A stretch of DNA of 64,000 bases from a phage, in the NCBI GenBank assembly GCA_036253495.1, contig GCA_036253495.1_4125.1. One strand, written 5' to 3'. Position 1 is the stretch's first letter, and each line of letters opens with the position of its first letter. The notes beneath the pieces were generated by a model. That model did no database searches and was not told the origin of the DNA. It saw nothing but the letters and a program-made list of their open reading frames with translations. Shown here piece by piece: positions 56,914 to 63,937 of the stretch. The position numbers and the translations under genes were made by a program.

Positions 56914-56961
56914 GTAGTATCGTAGTACTGGAATACTTTGAAAATAGTTTTAAAAAAGTAG

Positions 56962-57050
56962 TTGACATTACCGCAAAAAGGCGTAGAATGTATTACATCA
57001 AGACGGGGAACACTAAGTAGACCGCCAGTAAGTCGAACGAAAAACTGGAC
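56962..57050 (+). promoter_or_regulatory. promoter plus conserved long leader element
   Basis: TTGACA, TAGAAT; leader ACGGGGAAC..AAGTAG..AGTAAG..CGAAAAACT resembles 54010-54075; about 110 nt 5' UTR. Confidence 0.5.
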
Positions 57051-57112
57051 ACGTCGAGAAAACTTTGATACACTAACTAACGTAAACTAAACTTTAATTG
57101 AGGAATTACATA

Positions 57113-57595
57113 ATGGCTAACGTAAAATCATTCATCAAAGCACTGGTAGCAAATGAAACTAACGTAGCGGCAGAAATCCTGGCCGAACTGGATAGCGATA
57201 CCATGAAAGCAGTACGCAACAATTTTAACATTGCGTACAGCGAAGCGAAAGAACTGCAAGCTAATAAAGCGGCAGCACTTGAAGCTGAGAAGGCAGCACG
57301 CGAAGCTGAATTGCAGAAAACGATTGAAGATATTAACGCCGCCGTCGCTGGGCTTGATCTGGAAGTAGTTACCGAAATGGCACGTAAAGCCCTGGCAGCG
57401 AAATACGGGGAAGACAAGCCAGAAGTAAAAGCTAAAAAATGGATTCAAGAACGTGTGACGGTTGTACTGGATAATGGCGAGGAATACACTGTACCAGTAC
57501 GCGGTAACTGCATTGCGGTAGTACTGGATGCTATCAAAGAAAGCGGATTGACTCGCGAGGAATGGATCGAATCTCATCGCAAAGTTGAAGCATAA
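57113..57595 (+). CDS. hypothetical A/E/K-rich protein
   Basis: ATG 57113 after GAGGAA; track ORF begins at a TTG at 57098. Confidence 0.6.
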   Translation: MANVKSFIKALVANETNVAAEILAELDSDTMKAVRNNFNIAYSEAKELQANKAAALEAEKAAREAELQKTIEDINAAVAGLDLEVVTEMARKALAAKYGEDKPEVKAKKWIQERVTVVLDNGEEYTVPVRGNCIAVVLDAIKESGLTREEWIESHRKVEA

Positions 57596-57616
57596 CAATT
57601 AAAGTACTGAATCACT

Positions 57617-57644
57617 AGCCCACCTTAAACAGTGGGCTTTTTTT
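57617..57644 (+). terminator. Rho-independent terminator
   Basis: AGCCCACCTTAAACAGTGGGCT + T-run. Confidence 0.75.
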
Positions 57645-57660
57645 GTGTCTATAGTATCCC

Positions 57661-57770
57661 AGTCCACCAGCACCGCCTAGAATCGATTCTAACGCATTAA
57701 ACTGATTATCTGATGCATCGCCCTAGCTGGTGGCGTTAAGGTCGTTAGAATGCGATTGAGAGCGTTTAAA
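57661..57770. repeat. long imperfect inverted repeat containing the CGTTAGAATGCG element
   Basis: CCACCAGCACCGCCTAGAATCGATTCTAACGC ... GCCCTAGCTGGTGGCGTTAAGGTCGTTAGAATGCGATTGAGAGCGTTTAAA. Confidence 0.5.
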
Positions 57771-57794
57771 GTATTTTGCAAAAAGTAATAAAAA

Positions 57795-57826
57795 GTACTT
57801 GCACGATAAAGAGATTAGCGTATAAT
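57795..57826 (+). promoter_or_regulatory. sigma70-like promoter
   Basis: AGTACTTGCAC, TATAAT. Confidence 0.55.
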
Positions 57827-57871
57827 TAATTACATCAAGGCGAGACACCTTAACTAACTGAGGATATAAAG

Positions 57872-58024
57872 ATGAATACTTATGAACTGGATTGTTTCAC
57901 TTTACAAGTAATGTCAGTATGCAGTAAAAAAGATTGGTCATCAAAGGAATTTAAAGCAGTTATCGCGTGTGCAAAACACGGCAAGACTATCAATGAAACG
58001 GCATCAATCATTGATAAACTTTAA
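57872..58024 (+). CDS. hypothetical small protein
   Basis: 50 aa hand-translated; GAGGAT RBS. Confidence 0.4.
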   Translation: MNTYELDCFTLQVMSVCSKKDWSSKEFKAVIACAKHGKTINETASIIDKL

Positions 58025-58032
58025 AAAATAGT

Positions 58033-58061
58033 TTGACAATAGTTTTAAGTACTGCGATAAT
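58033..58061 (+). promoter_or_regulatory. sigma70-like promoter
   Basis: TTGACA, 17 bp spacer, GATAAT. Confidence 0.5.
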
Positions 58062-58094
58062 ACATACATCAACTACTGAATAGGAATCAAAACA

Positions 58095-58322
58095 ATGGCT
58101 ATCGTAATCACTCGCGTAACTGGTACTACTGGCAATTCTTCTACTGTTGCTGTAATTACTAATAAGAAAGGTGCGGAATTGCATTTTGCAATGGATACCT
58201 GGGCAGTGAATGAGTTCGGTCAGTGGGCTAGTGTAGAATACATTGAATCCTATCAAGTGCCATCGATTAGCTTAACTGATTTAGGTGTAGAACGTATCCT
58301 TTGCCTGGATGAATTAAATTAA
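58095..58322 (+). CDS. hypothetical small protein
   Basis: 75 aa ORF. Confidence 0.55.
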   Translation: MAIVITRVTGTTGNSSTVAVITNKKGAELHFAMDTWAVNEFGQWASVEYIESYQVPSISLTDLGVERILCLDELN

Positions 58323-58326
58323 AAAA

Positions 58327-58390
58327 GTACTTGCAAAGTAAATCAAATAAAGTATAATACATTACATCAAGGGGAGAAATGGTTCTCCCC
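58327..58390 (+). promoter_or_regulatory. promoter with 5' palindromic hairpin
   Basis: AGTACTTGCAA, TATAAT, GGGGAGAAATGGTTCTCCCC. Confidence 0.65.
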
Positions 58391-58408
58391 ACTAAGAGGA
58401 AACGAAAA

Positions 58409-58552
58409 ATGAAAACTTGTCAATGTGGTAAAAAATCTATTACTGGTTTAAAGCGGGGCGTTGCTCTTTGTCAGTATCACTATAATGCTCAAGTATGGGG
58501 TAAAGAGTGGGCCGACCGGGTTGAAGCATCAAAGAAAGCAAAAAGTAAGTAA
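58409..58552 (+). CDS. small cysteine-containing protein (possible zinc ribbon)
   Basis: 47 aa hand-translated; CQCG ... LCQYH. Confidence 0.45.
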   Translation: MKTCQCGKKSITGLKRGVALCQYHYNAQVWGKEWADRVEASKKAKSK

Positions 58553-58571
58553 AAATATTATCACAGTACTA

Positions 58572-58600
58572 TTGACATAGATTGATAGTACTGGCATAAT
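58572..58600 (+). promoter_or_regulatory. sigma70-like promoter within a ~95-bp duplicated intergenic block
   Basis: TTGACA, 17 bp spacer, CATAAT; block recurs at 58860-58950 and 62740-62830. Confidence 0.6.
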
Positions 58601-58643
58601 AGATTTTATCAAGACAACACATATTAATTTAAGGAATACTAAA

Positions 58644-58856
58644 ATGGCTATCATTATTAAAAACAAAGTTAACAAGACTATCGTTAAACTGGCAGAAGTG
58701 AAAGAAGGTTATAAAGTATCTTGGGAGGGTTTTTATAGGATGTTCACAGATATAGACGATGCAATCAAGTACTACACTGATACGGTTGCTGACTTTGTTC
58801 GTTCTGATGTAGTAATGGCAGTTGCACAACATAAAGCATCGAAAGAAAGTAAGTAA
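58644..58856 (+). CDS. hypothetical small protein
   Basis: 70 aa; MAII start shared with 62828 gene. Confidence 0.55.
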   Translation: MAIIIKNKVNKTIVKLAEVKEGYKVSWEGFYRMFTDIDDAIKYYTDTVADFVRSDVVMAVAQHKASKESK

Positions 58857-58875
58857 AATTATTATCACAGTACTA

Positions 58876-58904
58876 TTGACATAGTTTGATAGTACTGGCA
58901 TAAT
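58876..58904 (+). promoter_or_regulatory. sigma70-like promoter (duplicated block copy 2)
   Basis: TTGACA, CATAAT; leader identical to copy 1. Confidence 0.6.
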
Positions 58905-58947
58905 AGATTTTATCAAGACAACACATATTAATTTAAGGAATACTAAA

Positions 58948-59271
58948 ATGGCTAAAACTATCATTAACACCGTATCCCTGGCTGCAATCCGTGCAATCAA
59001 TGTTGACGGTAAACGTTGGACTGATTCATATGGCAATACTTATCATTCTTGTCATGTAAGCGTTGAACTGGATAACGGTGTGAATGATCTGGCGGTTGAA
59101 TCATTTACTTATGGCTATGAAGATGCATATCAACAAACGGCGTTATCTCTCTTAAAGGAATCAGTAGATGGGCTTGATACTGTTGAAACCTCCCTTAATC
59201 GTTTGTGCAATGATTTGTCTATCCCGTTGCATTGTACTGTACAGAATGTTAAACGCAAAAAAGATCTTTAA
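58948..59271 (+). CDS. hypothetical protein
   Basis: 107 aa ORF. Confidence 0.55.
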   Translation: MAKTIINTVSLAAIRAINVDGKRWTDSYGNTYHSCHVSVELDNGVNDLAVESFTYGYEDAYQQTALSLLKESVDGLDTVETSLNRLCNDLSIPLHCTVQNVKRKKDL

Positions 59272-59351
59272 TTAGCTTTACTTTATGCAGATACTTTGAT
59301 ATAGTGTCTGCATAGGGGAAAGAAATTAAATTAACTTAAGAGGATAGTATA

Positions 59352-59621
59352 ATGAAAAATATCAGTACTTTAATCGATGCAGGTACGCATGTTCGTCGGT
59401 CTATGGTTGCAACCAGTACTACAAAACAAGTAGCGAGCGGTTATCTTGTATTTGTGCACGATGGTAAACTCCTGGAACGTTCAATCAATTTTGATGTTAA
59501 AAACAATTGCCGTTTTATTATCTTTAAGCGTGAACAATATAAAATTGATTTACCAGCGAAGCCCATAAGCGGGGCGTACAACGTGCAATCATTGTTTGAG
59601 CGTCAACCATACACCTATTAA
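59352..59621 (+). CDS. hypothetical small protein
   Basis: 89 aa, AGAGGA RBS. Confidence 0.55.
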   Translation: MKNISTLIDAGTHVRRSMVATSTTKQVASGYLVFVHDGKLLERSINFDVKNNCRFIIFKREQYKIDLPAKPISGAYNVQSLFERQPYTY

Positions 59622-59672
59622 TCAAAACATCGTTAGCGGTTGATTTAGGCCGCTTATATTGAGGATTATACC

Positions 59673-59942
59673 ATGAACGTTAATCAAGTACTGAATGAAG
59701 TTGAAAGCATCATTAAACCAATGAAACGAATTGATGCAATTCCTACACCGGAAGAATGCCGCCTTTATGAGCGTTACAGTGTAGAACAAGCCCAGGCGAT
59801 GGCCCGTATCCGTCCGGTTGCTAGTACTGAGAACGCGGATCAGGACGTTACAGGGGATTATATCATTAATCCAGTACTAGGGAAGATGCCGCCAATCACC
59901 GAAGAACAAAAAGACTATTTGAGCCAGTACTTAAAAGGTTAA
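59673..59942 (+). CDS. hypothetical small protein
   Basis: 89 aa, GAGGAT RBS. Confidence 0.55.
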   Translation: MNVNQVLNEVESIIKPMKRIDAIPTPEECRLYERYSVEQAQAMARIRPVASTENADQDVTGDYIINPVLGKMPPITEEQKDYLSQYLKG

Positions 59943-59947
59943 TTAAT

Positions 59948-60157
59948 ATGCTTACTGTACAGGATAAGATCGACATCTTAAAGGTTAATATGTATGTGAT
60001 TGATGCAGATCCTGAAAAAGTATTTGCATACGATGATTCTAATCGTAGTCCTTTCTATTGTAGTCATGTAGTTGGATACGTGCCGTTGGCGTATGTTATC
60101 GAAAGAGTGGTTGATGCAGCATACAATCATTTTTTAGAAAATAATACTTGCAATTAG
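59948..60157 (+). CDS. hypothetical small protein
   Basis: 69 aa ORF. Confidence 0.45.
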   Translation: MLTVQDKIDILKVNMYVIDADPEKVFAYDDSNRSPFYCSHVVGYVPLAYVIERVVDAAYNHFLENNTCN

Positions 60158-60206
60158 TTTTCAGTACTGTATAATGATTTGCATCGAGAGCGGGAATGGT
60201 TCCCGC
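60144..60206 (+). promoter_or_regulatory. promoter with 5' palindromic hairpin
   Basis: TACTTGCAA, CAGTACTGTATAAT, GCGGGAATGGTTCCCGC. Confidence 0.65.
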
Positions 60207-60229
60207 CTAACTCAAAGAGAGAAAATATA

Positions 60230-60472
60230 ATGGAAACTATTTTAATCAAAGACACTGCAACTACTGTTACTTATGATAATGATTGTATTATCCCTGGCAC
60301 TGATTACGGTGAACGTGTACCCGTTCAAGTCGAGATTGATACTACATACATTGACCAGGCTGAAAAGTGTATCACTATTGTTATTGGTGAATATCGTTTT
60401 CTACCAGAAGAGATCCAAAAATGGCAGTATATGATTGACCGTGCGAAATTAGTCGCACAAAGTTTAAAATAA
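60230..60472 (+). CDS. hypothetical small protein
   Basis: ATG 60230; track ORF from 60179. Confidence 0.55.
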   Translation: METILIKDTATTVTYDNDCIIPGTDYGERVPVQVEIDTTYIDQAEKCITIVIGEYRFLPEEIQKWQYMIDRAKLVAQSLK

Positions 60473-60535
60473 TACTTGCAATTAGTTTTCAGTACTGTAT
60501 AATGTTTTACATGAAGGGGAGAAATAGTACTCCCC
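60472..60535 (+). promoter_or_regulatory. promoter with 5' palindromic hairpin
   Basis: TACTTGCAA, CAGTACTGTATAAT, GGGGAGAAATAGTACTCCCC. Confidence 0.65.
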
Positions 60536-60554
60536 ACTAATTAAGGAATATGAA

Positions 60555-60701
60555 ATGAAAGCATCAAAAAAGAGTAATACTAAGAAAGCATGTTCACCTT
60601 TCGCTGGGGTATTCCCTTTACGTTTCGTTGATGAAGTGGTTTCCTACCCGCCGGGCCTTACTCCTGAGATGGTAGAAAGTTTGCGTAAATCTAAAAAATA
60701 G
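60555..60701 (+). CDS. hypothetical small basic protein
   Basis: 48 aa hand-translated; AAGGAA RBS. Confidence 0.45.
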   Translation: MKASKKSNTKKACSPFAGVFPLRFVDEVVSYPPGLTPEMVESLRKSKK

Positions 60702-60764
60702 TACTTGCAATTAGTTTTCAGTACTGTATAATGTTTTACATAGAGGGGGGAAATGGTTCTCCCC
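60701..60764 (+). promoter_or_regulatory. promoter with 5' palindromic hairpin
   Basis: AGTACTTGCAA, CAGTACTGTATAAT, GGGGGGAAATGGTTCTCCCC. Confidence 0.65.
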
Positions 60765-60782
60765 GATACTAGGAGAATCAAA

Positions 60783-60935
60783 ATGAAACAATATAATGCT
60801 CGGTTTGATGTTACTATCGGCAACGGCAAAGGTCAATTTTCTTTCAGTACTCGTCGCAGTTATACAGAAAACTTCCTGCGTAATTGTGCATTGACCGCCG
60901 CACAAATTAAACATTACTTCCAGGCTAAAAAATGA
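60783..60935 (+). CDS. hypothetical small protein
   Basis: ATG 60783 after AGGAGA; track ORF from 60753. Confidence 0.5.
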   Translation: MKQYNARFDVTIGNGKGQFSFSTRRSYTENFLRNCALTAAQIKHYFQAKK

Positions 60936-61021
60936 AATCATTGGCTTATTACAGTTCGGCGGTGATCGGTGCATTGATCGCGGCATTGTTAGTAACCTAT
61001 CTATTCTTTGTGGTGATTTAA
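60932..61021 (+). CDS. small hydrophobic peptide
   Basis: 29 aa hand-translated, single TM-like segment, ATGA overlap. Confidence 0.3.
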   Translation: MKSLAYYSSAVIGALIAALLVTYLFFVVI

Positions 61022-61159
61022 ATGAATCCTAACGGTTTAATTTATAGTACTCCTAAAACGAAAGCAGATAAAGCGAAAGCACGTAAAGCGAAAGTAAAGG
61101 AGTACATCAAGCAAGGCATGACGCGAAAAGCAGCAGTACTAAAAGCTAAAAATAAATGA
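61022..61159 (+). CDS. small K/A-rich basic peptide
   Basis: 45 aa hand-translated, TAAATG coupling. Confidence 0.4.
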   Translation: MNPNGLIYSTPKTKADKAKARKAKVKEYIKQGMTRKAAVLKAKNK

Positions 61160-61166
61160 AAAAAGT

Positions 61167-61198
61167 GGTTGACTTCGGTCAGCCATTTTGCTATTATA
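61167..61198 (+). terminator. terminator hairpin overlapping promoter -35
   Basis: GGTTGAC-TTCG-GTCAGCC, short T-run, TATTAT. Confidence 0.6.
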
Positions 61199-61221
61199 TA
61201 TTCATTGAGAGATAGCTCACT

Positions 61222-61246
61222 AGCCCACCGGGTGCGGAAGTGTAAA
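61222..61246 (+). repeat. conserved noncoding element family B, copy 3
   Basis: AGCCCACCGGGTGCGGAAGTGTAAA. Confidence 0.45.
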
Positions 61247-61278
61247 TAAAATATATCAATCTAATAAGGAGTACTACA

Positions 61279-61461
61279 ATGTTTAAACCAATCGAACTAG
61301 CGGCATCACATATCATCGGTAAACCTGCCGTTATCATACGCCAGGAAGACGTAAACCTATGGATCATCTATGTAGACATGAAAGAGATTGAGCGTCACGA
61401 TGATTTCAAATCAGCGTCAATTGCGTATGATATGGCGTTATGTGAGTATCAAAGAGATTAA
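61279..61461 (+). CDS. hypothetical small protein
   Basis: 60 aa, AAGGAG RBS. Confidence 0.55.
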   Translation: MFKPIELAASHIIGKPAVIIRQEDVNLWIIYVDMKEIERHDDFKSASIAYDMALCEYQRD

Positions 61462-61477
61462 AAGTATTTTGCAAAAA

Positions 61478-61540
61478 GTACTTGCATTGTACTTAGAATC
61501 AAGTATAATGTTTTACATAGCAAGGGGAAACGGTTTCCCC
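61478..61540 (+). promoter_or_regulatory. promoter with 5' palindromic hairpin
   Basis: AGTACTTGCAT, TATAAT, GGGGAAACGGTTTCCCC. Confidence 0.65.
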
Positions 61541-61561
61541 TGGTAACTAAGGAAATGAATT

Positions 61562-62029
61562 ATGAATAGCATCGAATTCGTCGCAGCAGTACAAGAAAAC
61601 TTCCTGAAAGTATTCCCTAACGGTTTCTTTATCGCCCGACCTTTACCGCTGGGTGGCGACGTGGGGATCACTATGTCACTGACTCGCGAGCTTGCCGACT
61701 GCCCCCACAATATCCGCGATAACGACCGCATGATGATGACCTTTGCGATCCACGGTATGAAGTTCGGGGATAGCGACGAATACACAGACAAGCTGATCAT
61801 GGAACCGTACCGCAGCGTTATCAGTACTATTCCACGTAAACAGTACTACGCGATGGGACATGACAAAATCCCTACCCGTAAGACTACAAACACGCCTGAG
61901 AAGCTGTTAGCGACTCTTAACAAGTATATTCGGGCCGCAGGTAAACAGGTGTTAGATCTTAAAGCATTAAACGAGATTTACCAACAGGAAAACATCAAAG
62001 AGCAGTACTTAGAAATTAACGTAAAATAG
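61562..62029 (+). CDS. hypothetical protein
   Basis: 155 aa ORF. Confidence 0.6.
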   Translation: MNSIEFVAAVQENFLKVFPNGFFIARPLPLGGDVGITMSLTRELADCPHNIRDNDRMMMTFAIHGMKFGDSDEYTDKLIMEPYRSVISTIPRKQYYAMGHDKIPTRKTTNTPEKLLATLNKYIRAAGKQVLDLKALNEIYQQENIKEQYLEINVK

Positions 62030-62093
62030 TACTAGACAACACAACGGGGCTATTATATAATAGTCCCATCTTAAGCAAACAAGGAACTACAAA

Positions 62094-62432
62094 ATGATCT
62101 CAATCGCTCAATCTAACTTTGAAAACGAAATCATCGCCCAGGCACTGCGTTTAAATGATGGTCGGGCCGAAATTAATTACGGTTTCAATTCAGGCGGTTG
62201 TGAAAACTATCAGTACTTTGTAACGGCTGATGGCGGTGTCCTGGGAATCAATACAGTTATTGTAAACATTCAGAAAATTAATTTCAATGATCCAGAAGAT
62301 AGCCAGTTTTACATCACGGGCGTAGACGTGAACTATGAGGATGACTCACTAACTGATGATTGCACTGGTGAGAAGTTAGAAAGTGCATACGGTGAAGATG
62401 ATTATCAGTCCGGTCCAGAAGATTTCGAATAA
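62094..62432 (+). CDS. hypothetical acidic protein
   Basis: 112 aa ORF. Confidence 0.6.
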   Translation: MISIAQSNFENEIIAQALRLNDGRAEINYGFNSGGCENYQYFVTADGGVLGINTVIVNIQKINFNDPEDSQFYITGVDVNYEDDSLTDDCTGEKLESAYGEDDYQSGPEDFE

Positions 62433-62448
62433 TATAAAAAATAGTTTG

Positions 62449-62511
62449 ACAATAGATTATAGTACTGTATAATAAGTTACATCAAGGGGAGAATAGTTCT
62501 CCCCACAAACA
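62449..62511 (+). promoter_or_regulatory. promoter with 5' palindromic hairpin
   Basis: TTGACA, TAGTACTGTATAAT, GGGGAGAATAGTTCTCCCC. Confidence 0.65.
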
Positions 62512-62524
62512 GAGAGAAAACAAA

Positions 62525-62737
62525 ATGGCTAATATCCGCACTGTACTGAAAAATGCAAAACAAGTTTTATTTTCTGATCATGAAAATTTCAACAAGGATA
62601 TCACAGGCGTTCGGAATATCAAAGATGTAAAAAATGTTATGGGTATCTATTGCAATATGAAACGTGTTGGCACGTTCGGCGATAAAGTACTATACCAGGC
62701 AGGGGATTACAATTTTACACTGACTATCATTAACTAA
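62525..62737 (+). CDS. hypothetical small protein
   Basis: 70 aa ORF. Confidence 0.55.
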   Translation: MANIRTVLKNAKQVLFSDHENFNKDITGVRNIKDVKNVMGIYCNMKRVGTFGDKVLYQAGDYNFTLTIIN

Positions 62738-62756
62738 AAATATTATCACAGTACTA

Positions 62757-62785
62757 TTGACAACGTTTGATAGTACTGACATAAT
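62757..62785 (+). promoter_or_regulatory. sigma70-like promoter (duplicated block copy 3)
   Basis: TTGACA, 17 bp spacer, CATAAT. Confidence 0.6.
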
Positions 62786-62827
62786 AACTTTTATCAAGAC
62801 AACGCATATTAACTTAAGGAATTAAAA

Positions 62828-63007
62828 ATGGCTATTATCGCAAAAACTGAAATCGTTGGTCTGGATTCTATCATCATGACGTTTGAAGATCAAAAAGGGA
62901 TGTATGTAGTTTCCTATGGTGATTATGTTCGGGAGTATGAAACGGTAGACGAAGCCTTTGAAAGTTACATTCGCCAGGTGAATAAAGCATACGACGACTA
63001 CCGCTAA
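62828..63007 (+). CDS. hypothetical small protein
   Basis: 59 aa hand-translated; MAIIAKTEIV. Confidence 0.5.
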   Translation: MAIIAKTEIVGLDSIIMTFEDQKGMYVVSYGDYVREYETVDEAFESYIRQVNKAYDDYR

Positions 63008-63034
63008 AATATATTACCAGTACTATTAAAGATA

Positions 63035-63062
63035 TTGACATAGTTTGATAGTACTGTATAAT
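63035..63062 (+). promoter_or_regulatory. sigma70-like promoter
   Basis: TTGACA, 16 bp spacer, extended -10 TGTATAAT. Confidence 0.6.
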
Positions 63063-63106
63063 AAGTTTTATCAACAGTAGTTAACTTAACCTAAGAGAGA
63101 AAGAAA

Positions 63107-63250
63107 ATGATCGCACTGGATTCATTCATCGAAGCAGTACTGGCAAAAACTGGCGAAGATCTGACCGCAGAACAATACGCAATGATCGAACAATGCCAGC
63201 AAGACGGTAAATCGGTGAAAGATACTGTTAAGATTATCCGCAAGATGTAA
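63107..63250 (+). CDS. hypothetical small protein
   Basis: 47 aa hand-translated; AGAGAGAAAG RBS. Confidence 0.5.
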   Translation: MIALDSFIEAVLAKTGEDLTAEQYAMIEQCQQDGKSVKDTVKIIRKM

Positions 63251-63256
63251 GATTAT

Positions 63257-63287
63257 AGCCCACTGGTTAACGCTGGTGGGCTTTTTA
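63257..63287 (+). terminator. Rho-independent terminator
   Basis: AGCCCACTGGTTAACGCTGGTGGGCT + T-run. Confidence 0.7.
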
Positions 63288-63369
63288 GTATATACCTATC
63301 CGATAGTACTACAAAATAGATTAGCTCGTTAGAATGCGTTTGAGAGCGTTTAAATAAGTACTAAAAAGT

Positions 63370-63427
63370 ATTGACAGTACTGATAGATAGTGTATAATGT
63401 TTTACATGAAGGGGAAACATCTTCCCC
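63370..63427 (+). promoter_or_regulatory. promoter with 5' palindromic hairpin
   Basis: TTGACA, TATAAT, GGGGAAACATCTTCCCC; preceded by a CGTTAGAATGCG element. Confidence 0.65.
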
Positions 63428-63445
63428 TACTAAGAGGAAAACAAA

Positions 63446-63634
63446 ATGGAACAATTATCAAGTATTTTAGTACAAGATGAATACGGCAATCCAGGAAGTG
63501 CTATCATTGTTCGGGGTAATAAGGCAACGTTTGTTATTGCTGGTGGACCTGTACAGCGTAGCATTAAAAACAATGCCGTTACTATTAATAATGTACGCTA
63601 TCGTTTAGATAAAGAATTAATTCATAAACTTTAA
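63446..63634 (+). CDS. hypothetical small protein
   Basis: 62 aa ORF. Confidence 0.55.
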   Translation: MEQLSSILVQDEYGNPGSAIIVRGNKATFVIAGGPVQRSIKNNAVTINNVRYRLDKELIHKL

Positions 63635-63638
63635 AAAA

Positions 63639-63702
63639 GTACTGGACAATAGATTATAGTACTGTATAATAAGTTACATGAAGGGGAGAAATGATTCTCC
63701 CC
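63639..63702 (+). promoter_or_regulatory. promoter with 5' palindromic hairpin
   Basis: TGGACA, TAGTACTGTATAAT, GGGGAGAAATGATTCTCCCC. Confidence 0.65.
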
Positions 63703-63720
63703 AGTACTGAGGAAAGAAAA

Positions 63721-63933
63721 ATGCAAGGTCAACTAATCGTTCGTAAATGGTCTGATACTAACGCTAAACCGTGGGATGTACAATACATCGCCCCCAATGG
63801 TGAATCCAGATATCAACCAGGTGTAACGCATAGTACTGAGCAATATGCCGCCGCACACCGTGAACGCCTGTTACAATCCATGCAGCAAGGCTTCGGTGAA
63901 AAATTCATCCAAGATCATTGGCTGAAAGATTAA
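63721..63933 (+). CDS. hypothetical small protein
   Basis: ATG 63721 after GAGGAAAG; track ORF from 63691. Confidence 0.55.
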   Translation: MQGQLIVRKWSDTNAKPWDVQYIAPNGESRYQPGVTHSTEQYAAAHRERLLQSMQQGFGEKFIQDHWLKD

Positions 63934-63937
63934 AAAA

